Shown one piece after another: positions 61,351 through 64,000 of a stretch of DNA of 64,000 bases. This DNA comes from Takakia lepidozioides. Its lineage: Eukaryota > Plantae > Bryophyta. Positions within the stretch are counted from its first letter, which is position 1. Each line of letters begins with the position of its first letter. The position numbers and the translations under genes were made by a program. Below the pieces are notes generated by a model. That model saw only the letters and a program-made list of their open reading frames with translations, ran no database searches and was not told the DNA's origin. The DNA lies in contig CM060733.1 of the NCBI GenBank assembly GCA_030704615.1, positions 17,236,001-17,300,000 on the forward strand, read 5' to 3'.

Positions 61351-62500
61351 CGAATAACGTTGATTTCTGCTTCAGCATTGTTCACAATGAAGGCATTAGG
61401 TCGCCAGCTCGGCAAATCTGAGAGGAGTGAATCGTGCAAGGCTCTCATCCACGGCACCAGGTCTGTTGTCTAATTCCTCGTGGATAGGATATAAGCAACT
61501 GGTATACCGTTCAACCACTCGTTGAAGACCATCAACGTGTACAATGGGAACTGTTGGAATGCACAATGTCAGATAATCAGAGCATGCAAATTCCGCTCAA
61601 TTCTGCACGAGAAGACTTCATAAGAGTGATGAGGACTACAGCGGTCTTCCGCAACGTACACATGAAAACATACAGAAAGGGTCAGCACACCAAATTTTAT
61701 GTGAATGCTGCATGGTACTATGCTATCATGCTCCTACAAGTCCATGGAATCGTTCGAATAATACCTTGTCATGATTTGTCCCAAAGGTTGCATCACATGC
61801 AACGATACGGTCATGTCGTAGTTCCAGCATTCGTCGTTTCTGCCACGGAGTCTGTATGCCAATAATGAATGTCAAATCTCCAGCAAAATGCTCGAATGTT
61901 GGCTCTAATTTCTCCTCTTGATAGAAAAAAACGGACGTAGGATTCTGGTCTCTCCACATGCGCACACTCTCCGCATTATCGGCGTGCTTTTTGAAGGTTT
62001 GTCACGCACGTTTCTCGGCAAGGTTGTGAACATCTTGCTCCAACAAGAAATCATCGCGGGTCCATGCATCGCCCAAGCCGGTGTTGTTCATCACGTGCTC
62101 TTTATGCTCCATCATGATTTGGGCGACCGACAGGCCTCGGCACAAACACTCGACGACCTAGGCTTTCAATTCCTCTCTAATGTGTGGTGCATAGGCGTGG
62201 CGGGTGTTCCTAAACTCTGCGGACTTCCTATGCGAGGGTTTCCCTTGCGCATCTGTATGCTCTATGTTGTTGTAGTACGTGAGGACACAAATGTCAGGGG
62301 CGAGATAGAATTGTTGGACCTTGAAACAACATTGGCAACCATGCTTGTAAGACTCTCCATACTCCGACTTCTTTCTCCTTGGGTCTTTATGAGGGCAAGA
62401 TGTTCCAGCACCCACAAGATGTCCTCCACGCTTCTGTTTTGGATCCTCCACTATTGCCTTGTTGGTGCGCTTGTCATCAGGACCGTAGCAGCATTGATAC
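61351..62500 (-). pseudogene. MULE/SWIM-family transposase fragment (2 visible exons)
   Basis: Exons 62500-61765 and 61550-61351: GCQCCFKV..H, IGIQTPWQ..M....H...ACDATFGTN|FPLYTLMVF...GIPVA...FIVNNAEAEI; premature stops. Confidence 0.88.
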
Positions 62501-64000
62501 CTGGACAGAAAATTCAAAAATCGATATCCAACGACTTGAGGAAGCATAAAATCAAAGAACTCGTGAAACAAAAAATTGAAGGGTCCTGGTTTGCTGTTTG
62601 CAAACATTGTTGAAGAGGCCGTATAAGCGGGCTTTCCGTGATCAATATATCATCGGGTTTTGCTTCCACATCCATGCCCTATATAATACAAAGGACACGC
62701 TTCTGAACATGCAAGAAACGCGCCGTAGTACCCAGGACACGATCGACAACGTGCCAGGAGAACAGTGCGCACGTACGCGGCTGCTGGCAAGTGGCAGGCG
62801 GCAGGGATAAAGGTTTGAATTGTAGCCCTAAAAATGGAGGGCTCGGATGGGTTATGGGAATGGACGGTGGAGATCCTGCGTCGTCAGCGGTCTGGATGGC
62901 AAGGGACTGGCCAGCACCGGACTGGCGGGCAGACTGGCGGACTGGCAGATTGCTGGGCAGCGAACTGGCAGACTGGAGGGCAGCGGACTCATGGGCGGGG
63001 GACTGGCCGCGTGGCGGACGGGGGCGCGGTTGCTGCAGCCGCGCCCGCGGCTGGGCGACTGTGCGCAGCGGCGGGCGCGGCAGAGGGAGCCAGGCGTCCG
63101 TACGCGGGGCCCACCGGCCACATCGCACGTGCCCATTGAAGACCCTATTATCTTAAAATGAGAGGCAAATCTAACTTACTTTGGATGTAAATCAATAGCA
63201 TTCTCTAGGGCTACGGCCCCGTTGTAGAAAAAGACAAAGGTGTTGGTGAGGGGCGCCGCAAAACTGGATCGCCCCTTGTGAAGGGACGTCTTTTTGCGCC
63301 CCTTCGCAACCGTGGGGGCGCCCTTTAAGAAATATTCTATTTCGACCAATAGCGCCTCGTTAATCTTGGGGGCAATTAGGGGGGCGTTTGTAGCTGCCTA
63401 TGGAGCCCGGCTCTTGTGGTCGTGGGTGTGCATCACATATGTAGTGGGATGGATTCCGCCTAGCCTAAGATCCACTTCTGTTAGTTGCATGGACGAAAAG
63501 TGAGGTGGTTGTTGGAGAAGTTACTAACAGCCTAATTTGGGGTCTCTTACCTTGTCTCTAGATTAGACATAGACAAGACTGGAAGCTAATGTGTGAATGA
63601 GAGCGTTGGACCTATGTGACAAAGCCACCTAGCTCATATGATTAGCTTGTGTTTACCTATTTAATCTAAAGTCTTATGGGCATTTGCGTTGGAGCAGGAT
63701 ATTTTTGGTGCTAAATGAGTACTTGGATATGAAATTGATAATGTTGTGTTCAAAGATTTGATTGGATTATGGTTTGGCATGCTCTGCAATAGATTCTTCC
63801 TCTCAAGCCAAGCTTGCTTTACAAAGCTACAGTTCCCTAACGTGCCCACGGCTTTTAGAGGAAGGGAGCATATTCATTGGGCTGAAAAGTATGCATCACA
63901 AAGTCCCTGATTTTTTTTGGGTTCAAAAAGGGAACTTGGGAGCGACAACCCACAATTCAGGCCCTTGAGGAGGGGGAAAAATTAACCCCATTTCAGATAA

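Noticed and set aside
60688-61473. ORFs across the GGACT repeat
   Set aside because: Low-complexity minisatellite translations.
61918-62613. 231-aa plus-strand ORF
   Set aside because: Antisense shadow of the MULE transposase exon.

Overview
Repeat-rich nuclear DNA of a land plant. The PPR and retroelement styles suggest a non-seed plant (bryophyte, lycophyte or fern); this is inference. One apparently intact host gene is present: a 4-exon U-box/ARM E3 ligase, PUB13-like (minus strand, 50189-53020). The rest is nested or decayed mobile DNA: a non-chromoviral Ty3/gypsy element (1-13061) with a young chromovirus inserted in it (4681-11650, TSD TAGTG), a second gypsy gag-protease remnant, a copia RT-RNaseH remnant, an RT-less LINE, and SWIM, MULE and piggyBac-like transposase fragments. 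From 36 to 49 kb there is a mosaic of captured gene pieces (PPR, RPL32). The most notable observation is a spliced, pseudogenised gene (40196 to ~36760, minus) that joins a ParB/sulfiredoxin-like domain (WDGNHRLFAW) to a prokaryote-type amino-DNA-methyltransferase-like domain (DLIILDIPDG). Its apparent introns carry a ~116-bp-period array of a conserved 22-28 bp palindrome. Two further diverged copies of the MTase occur in the window (15.0-15.5 kb and 44.0-45.3 kb; the latter supplies the SAM-binding motif DLTLGTG). A second palindrome array with the same CGG-YR-CCG core lies at 26.0-27.7 kb. All domain calls come from reading motifs by eye and need HMM or structure confirmation.
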